A stretch of DNA of 64,000 bases from Patescibacteria group bacterium (GCA_018896215.1 JAHINB010000003.1:3776-67775), one strand, 5' to 3'. Counted from the first letter of the stretch, positions 26,786 to 36,378 are shown. Numbers and translations: made by a program. Notes: a model not told the origin generated them from the letters alone.

Positions 26786-27967
26786 CTAAAGAACAACTGG
26801 TGATAAAAACCCTGGTTTTTCCAGAAATCTTTTTGAGACGACATAATTTTGAGATATTCCAAGTTCTAAAGATAAAGTGGAGAGTTTGGAAAAATCCCGC
26901 ACTGTTCCAGTAAGTTTTATCTCGAAAGCAATATGTTTATCTAAAATAGCGTCAATCTCGGCGGTATTGCGTTTATTATAGAAACTGATTTTATTGTAGC
27001 CCGAAAGTTGGTTTATAACAGCATTCTCAAATACCTGTGCTTCGCTCACTTTTCCAATCACATTCAAAAGTCCAGTGTCCGTAAAGAAGACCTTTTTACC
27101 TCCTGCTACGGCTCTATCAATACTATTGCTAAATCTTGGCAAAAGCCGAATAAAAAATGTCCCCTGCAAAAATTCAAGAAAACGATATATCTTTACTCTA
27201 TCAATAGAGAGCTCACTGGATAAACGGGTTACATCAAGCATTGACCCAACTCGGGGAACCAGAAGTAAAATCATATCTCGAAGTTCTCGAATATCTGTGT
27301 AGTCTGATAATATTTTAATATTTTTTTCAAAAAACGATGCGAAGATATTTTTGAGAACCATCACCTTCATATTTTTATCCTCTGTTGTTACCACTTCAGG
27401 AAAGCCACCGTATGTGAGAAAATCATCATATTCTGCAACACGCGCTTTATGAGTAAAAATACTATTTTTACTTGGCGCATCTTGTAAAGTAAGATTTAGA
27501 ATTTCCTTTAGAGAAACAACATCTCTAAAGTAGAGATATTCTTGGAAGCTTAATGGAGGAAGTTCGTACAAGAATTTACGACCAGATAAAGACTCGGGAA
27601 ATAGGGTTTTTAAGTAATAGTTGGAAGAACCTGTTAGATAGAATTTAACACTATAATGGTCGATTAGATACTTAATAACTTTAGTTATCTCAGGGAAATT
27701 TTGAATTTCGTCAATAAACACAGATAAATTACTAGCCTTTTTTCCCATGTCAGTAAGTCTTTTATAGATTACTCTGTAATCTTCGTCTTCAAATATTTTC
27801 TGATCGAGTGGGTTACCAAAATCAAACCACAATTTTGGCTCTTTTACTTCTTCGTATATCTGGCGCATTAGAGTTGTCTTTCCGACTTGTCGCATACCAG
27901 TAATAAGAAGTGCGTTTTTATGATTGAGATGTTTTATTAATTCGTAATACAGAAGTCTCTTTTTCAT
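26786..27967 (-). CDS. AAA+ ATPase, AAA_14/DUF4143 family (paralog 3)
   Basis: Walker A GMRQVGKTTL and Walker B VFIDEIQ. Confidence 0.8.
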   Translation of the reverse strand: MKKRLLYYELIKHLNHKNALLITGMRQVGKTTLMRQIYEEVKEPKLWFDFGNPLDQKIFEDEDYRVIYKRLTDMGKKASNLSVFIDEIQNFPEITKVIKYLIDHYSVKFYLTGSSNYYLKTLFPESLSGRKFLYELPPLSFQEYLYFRDVVSLKEILNLTLQDAPSKNSIFTHKARVAEYDDFLTYGGFPEVVTTEDKNMKVMVLKNIFASFFEKNIKILSDYTDIRELRDMILLLVPRVGSMLDVTRLSSELSIDRVKIYRFLEFLQGTFFIRLLPRFSNSIDRAVAGGKKVFFTDTGLLNVIGKVSEAQVFENAVINQLSGYNKISFYNKRNTAEIDAILDKHIAFEIKLTGTVRDFSKLSTLSLELGISQNYVVSKRFLEKPGFLSPVVL

Positions 27968-28047
27968 GGTGTAAATATATTGTTACAAATCTGCGTTAAT
28001 TTGTAAAGAGTTGTTTTTTATGTGCTTTGGTTATATTAAGTACCAAC

Positions 28048-28122
28048 TGGCTCCGCGGCCTGGATTTGAACCAGGAACCATCTCGTTAACAGCGAGCCGC
28101 GCTACCGTTGCGCCACCGCGGA
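28048..28122 (-). tRNA. tRNA-Asn (anticodon GTT)
   Basis: The reverse complement gives TCCGCGG-TG-GCGC...GCTCG-CTGTTAA-CGAGA...CCTGG-TTCAAAT-CCAGG-CCGCGGA-G-CCA. Confidence 0.85.
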
Positions 28123-28134
28123 ATACATTATATC

Positions 28135-28836
28135 TTATACCACAAAACTATCAAAAATCCCAGCCATCCACCCATTTAATAACCTTTTTACTTTAGCGTT
28201 GCCAACTCTAATAGAAAAGACTCCGTAACTGTGTATATTTTTTCTTATCTTATTACTATTGTTTTTAGGTTTTACCTTGTAGGTTTTGTGAAATCTTTCT
28301 ACTGGTATCCCAGATATTTTCGACCAAAATTCCTTAGCTTTATTTTCGTCTAAATTATCGTGAATCCATATAGCCCCCTTTAGTTTTTTATCATCCATAT
28401 CACAAAACTCTCTAAACCACCCTGCCATAAAGCTAATTACTTTGGGATCAGTGTTTGCAAATCCTATGGACTTATCACCTTTGGTACCTTCTGCACAATA
28501 AAGTGCTACCCCAATTACAAACCGATCTCTTTTTGTAAGTTTTCCTACTTGATTCTTTCCAATTTGGCGCAAATCCTCGATTTGCTTTATTCTTCTTGCC
28601 TGTTGCCTTTTTGCACCGATTATTCTACCTCTTTCTGCTCCTAATAATTTCTTTTTTGACAATCGTAAAGCTTGCTCTTCGGTTAAAGCTATATCCCTAC
28701 ACCACACGCTAAGAGTACCTTTAGAAACTACAATCTTCTCTCTAATTTCTCTGTAGGAATATCCCGAAGCCCTCATTTTTTGTGCCAGTAATTTTCTTTC
28801 GAGATCTTTGTAACCACCCATTTCTAAATGGAGCAT
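28135..28836 (-). CDS. HTH-domain protein with a possible LAGLIDADG-type homing-endonuclease motif, function uncertain
   Basis: N-terminal HTH (SYREIREKIVVSKGTLSVW), then VIGVALYCAEGTKGDKSIGF, which resembles a single LAGLIDADG/LYxAEGS motif. It lies immediately next to tRNA-Asn. Confidence 0.4.
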   Translation of the reverse strand: MLHLEMGGYKDLERKLLAQKMRASGYSYREIREKIVVSKGTLSVWCRDIALTEEQALRLSKKKLLGAERGRIIGAKRQQARRIKQIEDLRQIGKNQVGKLTKRDRFVIGVALYCAEGTKGDKSIGFANTDPKVISFMAGWFREFCDMDDKKLKGAIWIHDNLDENKAKEFWSKISGIPVERFHKTYKVKPKNNSNKIRKNIHSYGVFSIRVGNAKVKRLLNGWMAGIFDSFVV

Positions 28837-28871
28837 TGGCGTTTTTGTATATTGTATTAATCGCCTGTATT

Positions 28872-29111
28872 ATGAATTTTGGGTCAAAAAGCATGTCTCG
28901 ACCCAATTCCTTTGTTGCTCCAATTGCTTTTATTTCTCTTTTTACATTGTCAACCGCTGTTATGGGTTATTTGTTTGGTTACTTGCCCGCAACACTCTAT
29001 TTTGACGGTAAAAAGAAACAGGCCGTCAATATGTTTTTACAAACAGTCGCCGTCTTTGCGGGGCTTACGGTTGTAACTTTTGCAATTCTTTTTTCTGGTG
29101 TTATATCTTAG
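28872..29111 (+). CDS. Small membrane protein, hypothetical
   Basis: 79 aa from ATG 28872, with two hydrophobic helices. Confidence 0.35.
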   Translation: MNFGSKSMSRPNSFVAPIAFISLFTLSTAVMGYLFGYLPATLYFDGKKKQAVNMFLQTVAVFAGLTVVTFAILFSGVIS

Positions 29112-29241
29112 GACTTGATCGATAAGGAAATTTGCGTAAGAGAATTTTTTATAAATTCGTTATCAACTTTAAAACCCTCCATCATATAGTCTAGAAACTG
29201 TAATGCATACAGCGCTGTGGCTCTTTGATTGTTCTTTAGGG

Positions 29242-29985
29242 TTAGATTTGCGTTTTAGAAAACAACCAGCTTCCAACCGTTAGAAAAAGCGCGCAAAGCA
29301 AAGAAAGAACTGCAAAATCTGGCAAAATCCCAAAATGAGAGGTTCCAGTAAGGGCCGCGCGTAACCCATCTACCCCGTAAGTTAGCGGGTTTATTCGAGT
29401 TATCACATCTACCGCTTTTGGAAGATTGTTTAAAGGAAACAAAGCTCCCGACAGGAAAAACATTGGCATAACAAGAAAATTCATAATAAGTTGGAATCCC
29501 TGCATATCCTCTAATTTAGAAGCAATAGCGGTCCCAAGTGCTGTAAAAGTTAGAGCTATGAGAAAAATAAAAACCAGAGCCAACGGTAACATAAGCCAAT
29601 TTGATACCTTAAAACCAATCAATAAGGCTATTATAAATACCAAAAGACCCTGAAATGTGGCGACGGTTGCCCCTCCCAAGGTTCTGCCAATAATAATTTC
29701 TAAACGGGAAACTGGAGCAACCAGCGTTTCTTTTAAAAAGCCAAACTGCTTGTCCCAAATAACCTCAATTCCGCTAAAAAGCGAAGTAAAAAGCACCGAT
29801 TGGGAAATAACTCCCGGGACCAAAAATTGCAGATAATTTCCCGCTCCAGCTTTGGCAAAAACTGGACCAAATCCAAACCCCAAAGCTACCATAAAAAGTG
29901 CCGGCTGTCCCAAAGCCCCGATAATTCTTGATCGAGAACGGGCGTATCTTTTTATTTGGCGCAACCATAATGTATAAATTACCAT
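29242..29985 (-). CDS. ABC-2 type transporter permease
   Basis: Six hydrophobic helices, and its position directly downstream of an ABC ATPase. Confidence 0.8.
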   Translation of the reverse strand: MVIYTLWLRQIKRYARSRSRIIGALGQPALFMVALGFGFGPVFAKAGAGNYLQFLVPGVISQSVLFTSLFSGIEVIWDKQFGFLKETLVAPVSRLEIIIGRTLGGATVATFQGLLVFIIALLIGFKVSNWLMLPLALVFIFLIALTFTALGTAIASKLEDMQGFQLIMNFLVMPMFFLSGALFPLNNLPKAVDVITRINPLTYGVDGLRAALTGTSHFGILPDFAVLSLLCALFLTVGSWLFSKTQI

Positions 29986-29990
29986 AGTAT

Positions 29991-30800
29991 TTAACGATGA
30001 AACAGCCTTCTGCGGTTTCTTAAATGATCTAGATGATTAGCCTCTTCCTCTCGAATAACATTTCCTGTTAGCTTAAGAAACGCCTCTTCCAAACTTGTTG
30101 CTTGAGTTTCTTTTTTTAATTTCTCCAAAGATCCGTGTCCCACAATTTTTCCGTGGTCAATTATAGCTATTTCCTTGGCCATTTTTTCGGCTTCTTCCAT
30201 ATAGTGAGTGGTAAAAAATACGGTGATTCCCTCGGACACATTTAAGTTTTTTATATAATTCCAAATTTGGTTTCGGGTTTGCGGATCAAGTCCCAGCGTT
30301 GGTTCATCTAAAATAAATATTTTAGGGCGATGAAGCAATCCCCTGGCTATTTCTAGCCTTCTTTTCATGCCACCGGAAAAGGTTTTAACAAGGTTGTCTT
30401 TTCGTACCCAAAGCTCCACAATAGTAAGAAGCTCTTTAATTCTTTGTTGTCTTAAATCCTTGGGTACTTTGTATAAAGCGCCATGAAAGTCCATGTTCTC
30501 GTAGGCGGTTAGCTCATCATCTAAACTGGGGTCCTGAAAGACTATTCCAAAAGATTTTCTTGTCTCGTCGGGGTTTTGGGTTGGATCAAACCCATTTAGA
30601 AGCATCTTTCCCGAAGTCGGTGAAAGTAGTGTAGTAAGCATTTTTATTGTGGTGGACTTTCCCGCTCCATTAGGTCCTAAAAAGGCAAATATCTCTCCCT
30701 TTTCTACTGTAAAAGAGATATCGTCAACGGCGGTAAAATTTCCGTATTTTTTGACTAAATTTTTGACCTCGATAATGTTTTTCATATTATAAAACAACAA
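29991..30800 (-). CDS. ABC transporter ATP-binding protein
   Basis: Walker A GPNGAGKST, signature LSGGMKRRL and Walker B IFILDEPT. Confidence 0.9.
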   Translation of the reverse strand: MLFYNMKNIIEVKNLVKKYGNFTAVDDISFTVEKGEIFAFLGPNGAGKSTTIKMLTTLLSPTSGKMLLNGFDPTQNPDETRKSFGIVFQDPSLDDELTAYENMDFHGALYKVPKDLRQQRIKELLTIVELWVRKDNLVKTFSGGMKRRLEIARGLLHRPKIFILDEPTLGLDPQTRNQIWNYIKNLNVSEGITVFFTTHYMEEAEKMAKEIAIIDHGKIVGHGSLEKLKKETQATSLEEAFLKLTGNVIREEEANHLDHLRNRRRLFHR

Positions 30801-31194
30801 GCACCGCTCCTATTGCCATTAATGCGCCACCTAAAGCAATTGTTAGGGTGACTTTTTCTTTTAAAATAAAGGTTGCAAGTAAAATAGTAAATATAAGGCT
30901 TAGTTTATCTATTGGCGCAACTTGAGAGGCTTTTCCTAGTTGTAAGGCTCTAAAGTAAAAAATCCAAGATAATCCTGTGGCAATTGCCGAAAGAACTAAA
31001 AACGCCAAAGAGAAGCGGGATAAAGACGACATCTGTTTATAAGTGCCTTGTCAGAACACAATACCCCAAGCAAAAAACAAAATTACCACCGTTCTTATGG
31101 CGGTGGCAAGGTTGGAATCAACTCCTTTAACCCCAATTTTGGCAAATATTGTGGTAAATGCGGCAAAAACAGCAGAAAGCAAAGCATAAATTAA
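30787..31194 (-). pseudogene. Small EamA/DMT-family transporter interrupted by an in-frame TGA (plus strand 31042-31044)
   Basis: The N-part MTWLIYALLSAVFAAFTTIFAKIGVKGVDSNLATAIRTVVILFFAWGIVF stops at TGA. The same frame continues QGTYKQMSSLSRFSLAFLVLSAIATGLSWIFYFRALQLGKASQVAPIDKLS..., so together they make a typical roughly 135-aa 4-TM EamA protein. Confidence 0.55.
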
Positions 31195-31269
31195 CCAAGT
31201 CATTAAATAATTGTACTCTACATCGGGAATCTATTGTAGTTTTTAGATATTTACCCTAAACTTTTCCCA

Positions 31270-31824
31270 ATGGATTATTTTGACAGAAACAAACTCGTTT
31301 ATTACCCGCTAGACCTGCTCGGAATAAAAAGAGAACTTCCTCTTGTTGCTATTTCTCCAAAATTAAAAATCGCCTCCGTAAACCTTCTTGGAGATGTGGA
31401 GTTGGTAAATGTTTCGGCAAAAGAAATTGCCAAAAAAATTAAAAACTTAGATTATGACATGTTGGTTGGCCCCGAAGTTAAGGTTGTCCCGCTGATTCAT
31501 CAGTTGGCTACAATTACAAAATCTAAAAACTACATTATCTTTAGAAAGAATATTATGGGCTATATGGTAAAACCAGTTATGTCCTTTGGTAAGGATAAAT
31601 TGGTTCTGGATGGGCGAGATGCCGAATTGTTAAAAGGTAAAAAGGTTATTATTGTAGATGATGTGGTCTCAAGTGGTAAAACCACCCATGCCATAATTGC
31701 CCTTTTAAAAACCCTCAATACCAAAGTTGTTTGTGTAGTCTCAATATTTAAACAAGGCGATGATGAGATGTTAGATATTCCAAACTTTATTTATTTAGCA
31801 AAACTTCCCCTTTTAAAATCTTAA
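31270..31824 (+). CDS. Type I phosphoribosyltransferase (APRT/purine PRT-like)
   Basis: PRPP-binding motif KVIIVDDVVSSGKTT. Confidence 0.65.
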   Translation: MDYFDRNKLVYYPLDLLGIKRELPLVAISPKLKIASVNLLGDVELVNVSAKEIAKKIKNLDYDMLVGPEVKVVPLIHQLATITKSKNYIIFRKNIMGYMVKPVMSFGKDKLVLDGRDAELLKGKKVIIVDDVVSSGKTTHAIIALLKTLNTKVVCVVSIFKQGDDEMLDIPNFIYLAKLPLLKS

Positions 31825-32198
31825 ATAAGTTTGTAACGCTTTCGCTTCGCGAAACATTTTAGTATTTTTTCTCTAATCTTGTTATAGAAACTAGTTGACT
31901 TGGCTAGTTTAATAATTTAATGTAAGGTTGTTAGGATTACATTACAATATCCCTCGCCGAGGGAAAAAGCAGATGCTTAACTATAAATTGGCAAAATTAA
32001 TGACCACCTGTTTTTGGGTTTTTACCGAGGGTGGTTTTTTAGTCTCTAGCACTTTAAAAACTGAATATCTCATTAATTAAGCGGTAGCAAAATGCTCATC
32101 TCTTTTGAGTTGGCTATTTTGCTATCGCTTAAGCGTGGCTCCACAATTACTTTGTGGAAAGACAATTCCACTTTCAGTTCAGTTTTAGGAGGTTTTCC

Positions 32199-33287
32199 AT
32201 GTCTCGCTCAAAGATCGCTGTGTTGTTCGGCTTATCCCTTCTCGTGCTCATGAGTTCGTGCGCGAGTCCTGCCACCCCACAAGTGGTGGAAAAGATCGTT
32301 GAGAAGGTGGTCGTGGTCACTGCACAACCAGTTCCTGTAATCAAGCTCGTGCATCTCAATGTCCCGCTAGGGTGGGTAAACAATGACGAGTTCGTGGCGC
32401 TACAGGTGGCTCAAGCCAAGGGGTTCTATGCCGAGGCAGGCCTCGATGTCAACTTGATCTCTGGCGGTGGCTCCACCGGGTTCGATCCTCTGGTTGCCAT
32501 CATGGGTTTCGATGACAGTATTCGGATCGGTGTGCCGGCGGCAATGAGCTTGGTCGTCAAGGCCAAGTCGGAGGGTATTGATGTGGTAGCAGTGGCTGCC
32601 CTGACTCAAGAAGAGCCGGGCGGTTTCATTGCTCTTACCAAGTACGCCCCCCAGGCCACCGGGCTCTGTGACTTTAAGGGCAAGGTCGTCTCCATGCAAA
32701 CGGAGGCGACATGGTATGTAGATGCACTCGGAAAGCAATGCGTCACCGGTGCCCTAGTTGCTGGCGAGGACTTTACCGTCGTGCCGGCTGGTTGGACACC
32801 TGATTGCCTTCTGGCCACCGGCGCCAACCGTTGCGATTTTTATTGTGGTTGGGCGACCAACCAGGTGTTCGGTCTCGAGCAACAGGGGTTGAAGCTCGGA
32901 GTGGACTTCCAGTTCTTTCTGGCGAGCAAGTATCTGCCGTTTCACTATGCTGATGTCATCGTGGTGAACGGCGCCTGGGCCAGGAAAAACCCGGAGATCG
33001 TTCGTGGCTTCGTTCAAGCCTCGATGAAAGGGTTGCAATATACCCTCGATCATCCTGACGAAGCGGTACAGATTTCTGGTGCGGTACCGGGGATGGATCT
33101 GGCTCACGCCACCTGGCGTATCCCGATTCAGAACAGACTCGTTACCAACGAAGACACCGCCAAATTCGGTGTTGGGTACATCGATGTGGGCAAGGTTCAG
33201 GATATGATCAACCTTCTCGCCGAGAAGGACCAGATCAAGACCGAGTTCGATGCCAGCACCGTCGTCGACAGCTCGTATCTGAAGTAG
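32199..33287 (+). CDS. ABC transporter substrate-binding lipoprotein, NMT1/THI5-like (NitT/TauT family); part of the GC-rich island
   Basis: Lipobox LLVLMSSC and an NMT1-like periplasmic binding fold. Its GC-rich codon usage is unlike the flanking genes. Confidence 0.7.
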   Translation: MSRSKIAVLFGLSLLVLMSSCASPATPQVVEKIVEKVVVVTAQPVPVIKLVHLNVPLGWVNNDEFVALQVAQAKGFYAEAGLDVNLISGGGSTGFDPLVAIMGFDDSIRIGVPAAMSLVVKAKSEGIDVVAVAALTQEEPGGFIALTKYAPQATGLCDFKGKVVSMQTEATWYVDALGKQCVTGALVAGEDFTVVPAGWTPDCLLATGANRCDFYCGWATNQVFGLEQQGLKLGVDFQFFLASKYLPFHYADVIVVNGAWARKNPEIVRGFVQASMKGLQYTLDHPDEAVQISGAVPGMDLAHATWRIPIQNRLVTNEDTAKFGVGYIDVGKVQDMINLLAEKDQIKTEFDASTVVDSSYLK

Positions 33288-33320
33288 TTCTATGTTCTAC
33301 TATGAAATATGGAGGGTGAA

Positions 33321-34094
33321 ATGAACGCACTCGGGATTCAAGATCTGACCGTACGGTTCGGTAATCTAATTGCTCTTTCGCAAGTATCGTTGACAGTGCA
33401 AGAGCATGAGATCGTCGCCCTTATCGGTCCATCTGGATGCGGAAAGTCCACCCTCTTGCGTGCAACAGTCGGCATTGTGCCTGGCATGGTGCCGACTGCT
33501 CACTTAGAAGGCGGGATTGACCTCTTTGGAAAATCGCCGATCGAACGCCACAACGGCGAGGTCGATATGGTTTTCCAAGAGTCTTGTCTCCTGCCCTGGA
33601 GAACAACCCAAGCCAATATCAGGTTGGGTTTGGAAATTCTTGGCAGGAATGCAAATAACGGCACTTTACCGACCATCCTGGAAGCCATTGGGCTGACAGA
33701 CTTTGCCAATTGTAAACCCCGCGCGCTATCAGGTGGTATGCGCCAACGCGCCAGCTTGGCCACATCACTTGTGACTCACCCAAAACTCTTACTCATGGAT
33801 GAGCCTTTTGCCAACCTCGACTCCTTAACCAGAGAACAGATGTGGCAACTCGTAGAGCATCTACATTTGGATGATAAAATCCAAGCCGCATTGTTGGTAA
33901 CCCACTCCATTGAAGAGGCTGTTGCTTTGGCTGATCGGGTACTGGTAATGAGTGAGCGACCCGGTCAAATCATCGGTGAAGTGGTTGTAAGACTTCCTCG
34001 TCCTCGGATCACTCCAGAGGGGTTGTTGGTCGAAGGCTTTGGGGCGGTAGCCAACCAAGTCCGTCGTTTCATCCGCCACGGAGGTGAAGTATGA
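33321..34094 (+). CDS. ABC transporter ATP-binding protein (NitT/TauT family); GC-rich island
   Basis: GPSGCGKSTLLR, LSGGMRQRASLA and LLLMDEPFANLD motifs. SD GGAGGG precedes the ATG at 33321. Confidence 0.85.
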   Translation: MNALGIQDLTVRFGNLIALSQVSLTVQEHEIVALIGPSGCGKSTLLRATVGIVPGMVPTAHLEGGIDLFGKSPIERHNGEVDMVFQESCLLPWRTTQANIRLGLEILGRNANNGTLPTILEAIGLTDFANCKPRALSGGMRQRASLATSLVTHPKLLLMDEPFANLDSLTREQMWQLVEHLHLDDKIQAALLVTHSIEEAVALADRVLVMSERPGQIIGEVVVRLPRPRITPEGLLVEGFGAVANQVRRFIRHGGEV

Positions 34095-34834
34095 AAAGGT
34101 CACAATGGCTGGTACCGCTGGTGACCCTCACCTTCCTGCTTGTGGCCTGCGAAGTGTCACTGACGCTGGCGCGAGTATCAACCTTCATTTTCCCCAAGCC
34201 AACGCTGATCGTCAAAGCGTTGGTTGAAAACTGGGGTTGGATCGTTGCCAACTTGCAAGTCACAGCCATGGAAGCAGTTGTCGGTTTCGCCCTTAGTATT
34301 GTGCTTGGGATAACACTGTCGACGGTTTGTCTGTTTGTCCCGCAAGCCGAGAACCTCGTCGTGCCTTTCGCCATCGCCATTCGCAATGTGCCGTTTGTTG
34401 CTTTGGCGCCGATTCTCTTCATGACGATGGGATATGGTCCCTGGCCCAAGATCATCATCGTTATGATCGTTAGTTTCTTTCCAATCATGACCAATCTTAC
34501 GGCTGGATTTGCAAGCGCAGAAGTCGCTCAAAAGGAAAGATTCTTTGTATGGCGAGCGACCCGTTGGCAGATGTTTGTCAAGCTTCAACTGCCTTCGGCT
34601 ATCCCGTATTTTGTGGCAGGGTTGGAAATCGCGGTTAGTAACATCATCATTGCCGCGATCGTTGGCGAATTGATGGGAACGACCAAGGGCTTAGGATTGG
34701 TCATTATTATGGCCGTGTCCCAGTACCGGTTTCCTTTGCTGATGGCAACCGTAGTGGTTACGACAGCACTGTCAATTGTGACTACATGGTTGCTACGCCA
34801 GGCAATGCGAATTGCCTTTTCACCTTGGAATTAA
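34091..34834 (+). CDS. ABC transporter permease (BPD_transp_1, NitT/TauT family); GC-rich island
   Basis: Six TM helices and an EAA-like loop region. Its start overlaps the ATPase stop. Confidence 0.8.
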   Translation: MKRSQWLVPLVTLTFLLVACEVSLTLARVSTFIFPKPTLIVKALVENWGWIVANLQVTAMEAVVGFALSIVLGITLSTVCLFVPQAENLVVPFAIAIRNVPFVALAPILFMTMGYGPWPKIIIVMIVSFFPIMTNLTAGFASAEVAQKERFFVWRATRWQMFVKLQLPSAIPYFVAGLEIAVSNIIIAAIVGELMGTTKGLGLVIIMAVSQYRFPLLMATVVVTTALSIVTTWLLRQAMRIAFSPWN

Positions 34835-34846
34835 GGAGAGTACACC

Positions 34847-35764
34847 GTGGACTACCAATCAATCCTGGATGTTTGTAGAAGTCAGTTTGAGGCTGATGCG
34901 GCGCGAACCGCATCTGTCGGAGGTTCCGGTACCCTTGCACTGGACAAGCGTGGAGGCATCGGTTTTCCCGAGGCCCTCACTTGTGTTTGCAACGATCGGA
35001 TTCTTCGATTCGAAGAGGTGTCAACGCCATTTGGGGATGTTCCGATGGTCAAACTCTTCGCAGTCAACGGCCAACCGGTCGTGCGGATTCCGATGCACGG
35101 TTGGCGATTGCCAGTGGCGACGCTCGAACACACTCAAGCAACCTTTTGGCTACTGGATCAGCTTGGCGTTCATCAAGTGCTCGTTGACGCTAGCGTTGGT
35201 GGGATCGGAGCCAAACCCATGGATGTCGTCATCCCCGATGATGTCTACAACCACGAGCCTGCCAAGATCGCTATGGCAAAGTTGGCCTTTGAATTGGGAA
35301 GAGACCCCTGGGTTCGGATGTATCAACCCTTCTGTCCCCGCTTAAGAAGCAAGTTGGTTACCTCAGTTCGTCAGGTTAAGACGGAAGGTCATGAACTTGG
35401 CGATCTCGTCGACGGCGGGGTCTACTGGACCACGCCTCTTGGTCCGTTTGAAACGGCTTTCGAGATAGCCACCTTCAAGACTCTTGGGGCTACCATCGTT
35501 GGCCAATCATCGGGGCAGGAAGCCCTAGCCGCTCGTATTCTTGGAATGTGTTTGGCTGTGGCCAACCCGGTTGTTAACTTTGCCGAAGGGCTCAACAACG
35601 CAGGCTGGTCTGGGGACAAAGGCATGGATTCCATGTACGAAGCCATCTCTATGCCCATGGCCCTCATGGTTTACTACACTCTTGAGCGAATCGTCAGCCA
35701 GACCCGCACCTGCGACTGCCAAACCATTGCTCACAGCCCTGATTTAGCTGGGCTGACATCGTAA
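34847..35764 (+). CDS. PNP/MTAP-family nucleoside phosphorylase-like protein; GC-rich island
   Basis: The C-terminal ...GATIVGQSSGQEALAARILGMCLAVANPVVNFAEG... parallels the MTAP/PNP family-1 active-site region (G..VG.T.VPE..LA.E.G.C...A.V.N.A). GTG start with an AAGGAG SD. Confidence 0.5.
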   Translation: MDYQSILDVCRSQFEADAARTASVGGSGTLALDKRGGIGFPEALTCVCNDRILRFEEVSTPFGDVPMVKLFAVNGQPVVRIPMHGWRLPVATLEHTQATFWLLDQLGVHQVLVDASVGGIGAKPMDVVIPDDVYNHEPAKIAMAKLAFELGRDPWVRMYQPFCPRLRSKLVTSVRQVKTEGHELGDLVDGGVYWTTPLGPFETAFEIATFKTLGATIVGQSSGQEALAARILGMCLAVANPVVNFAEGLNNAGWSGDKGMDSMYEAISMPMALMVYYTLERIVSQTRTCDCQTIAHSPDLAGLTS

Positions 35765-35783
35765 TTAGGATTAGGAGGAACCT

Positions 35784-36314
35784 GTGTCCAACATTCAAGT
35801 CCTAGCTACCGAGAGGCAAATCAGGCAAGCCGTGAGAAGGATTGCTCGAGAAGTCTCTCGGCGGTACCAGGAGGAGTCGATTCTTCTGGTTGGAGTTCTC
35901 ACCGGCGCTTTCGTTTTCATGGCGGATCTGGCGAGGGAGCTCTACCGTATGGGGATGACAGATGTCGAAATCGAGTTCATCGACATATCTTCGTATAGTG
36001 GTACGGAGTCTGGGCAGATCCGTTTCGATCGTGACCTGACCGTTCCCATCAGCGGTCGGCATGTGGTGATTGTGGAGGATATCATCGATACCGGGGCAAC
36101 GCTGGCGTTCCTGTTGAAGCTCCTCGAAGTCAGGGAACCAGCCAGTTTGATTGTAGTTGCCCTGTTCAACAAGGTCACCCGGCGGGTTGAAACCCTCCCG
36201 TCAGAACGGATCATAACGGGAATTGACCTGCCTAACAAGTTCGTGGTCGGCTACGGTCTTGACCGTAACGGAAAGTTTCGGCATCTCCCTTTTGTGGGGA
36301 TTGTCGCAAGTTGA
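35784..36314 (+). CDS. hpt: Hypoxanthine(-guanine) phosphoribosyltransferase; GC-rich island
   Basis: VVIVEDIIDTGATLAFLL PRPP motif and an HPRT-like length. GTG start with an AGGAGGAA SD. Confidence 0.85.
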   Translation: MSNIQVLATERQIRQAVRRIAREVSRRYQEESILLVGVLTGAFVFMADLARELYRMGMTDVEIEFIDISSYSGTESGQIRFDRDLTVPISGRHVVIVEDIIDTGATLAFLLKLLEVREPASLIVVALFNKVTRRVETLPSERIITGIDLPNKFVVGYGLDRNGKFRHLPFVGIVAS

Positions 36315-36325
36315 GGAGAGAGACC

Positions 36326-36378
36326 AACGACCAGTTGCTTGTGGATGCTTTCACAGACAACTGGTCGTTATTTTTTTA
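36326..36378 (+). terminator. Rho-independent terminator ending the GC-rich island operon
   Basis: AACGACCAGTTG - 20-nt loop - CAACTGGTCGTT, followed by ATTTTTTTAT. Confidence 0.75.

Noticed and set aside
26740-26913. Roughly 57-aa plus-strand ORF preceded by a strong TAAGGAGGA SD, antisense to the 3' end of the DUF4143 ATPase (26786-27967)
   Set aside because: It is too short, fully antisense to a good gene and has no motif. It could be real, but the evidence is insufficient.
28048-28122. tRNA-Asn as an integration site with a direct-repeat boundary
   Set aside because: No convincing partial copy of the tRNA 3' end was found within the accessory patch. Only the shared 6-nt CCGCGG in the 23441-23458 terminator was seen, which is too short to mean anything.
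28011-28196. ORF 28011-28196(+)
   Set aside because: It overlaps tRNA-Asn(GTT) on the opposite strand.
31825-32153. Purine riboswitch upstream of the GC-rich transporter operon
   Set aside because: No match by eye to the guanine/adenine riboswitch core. Only the imperfect 17-nt inverted repeat was noted.
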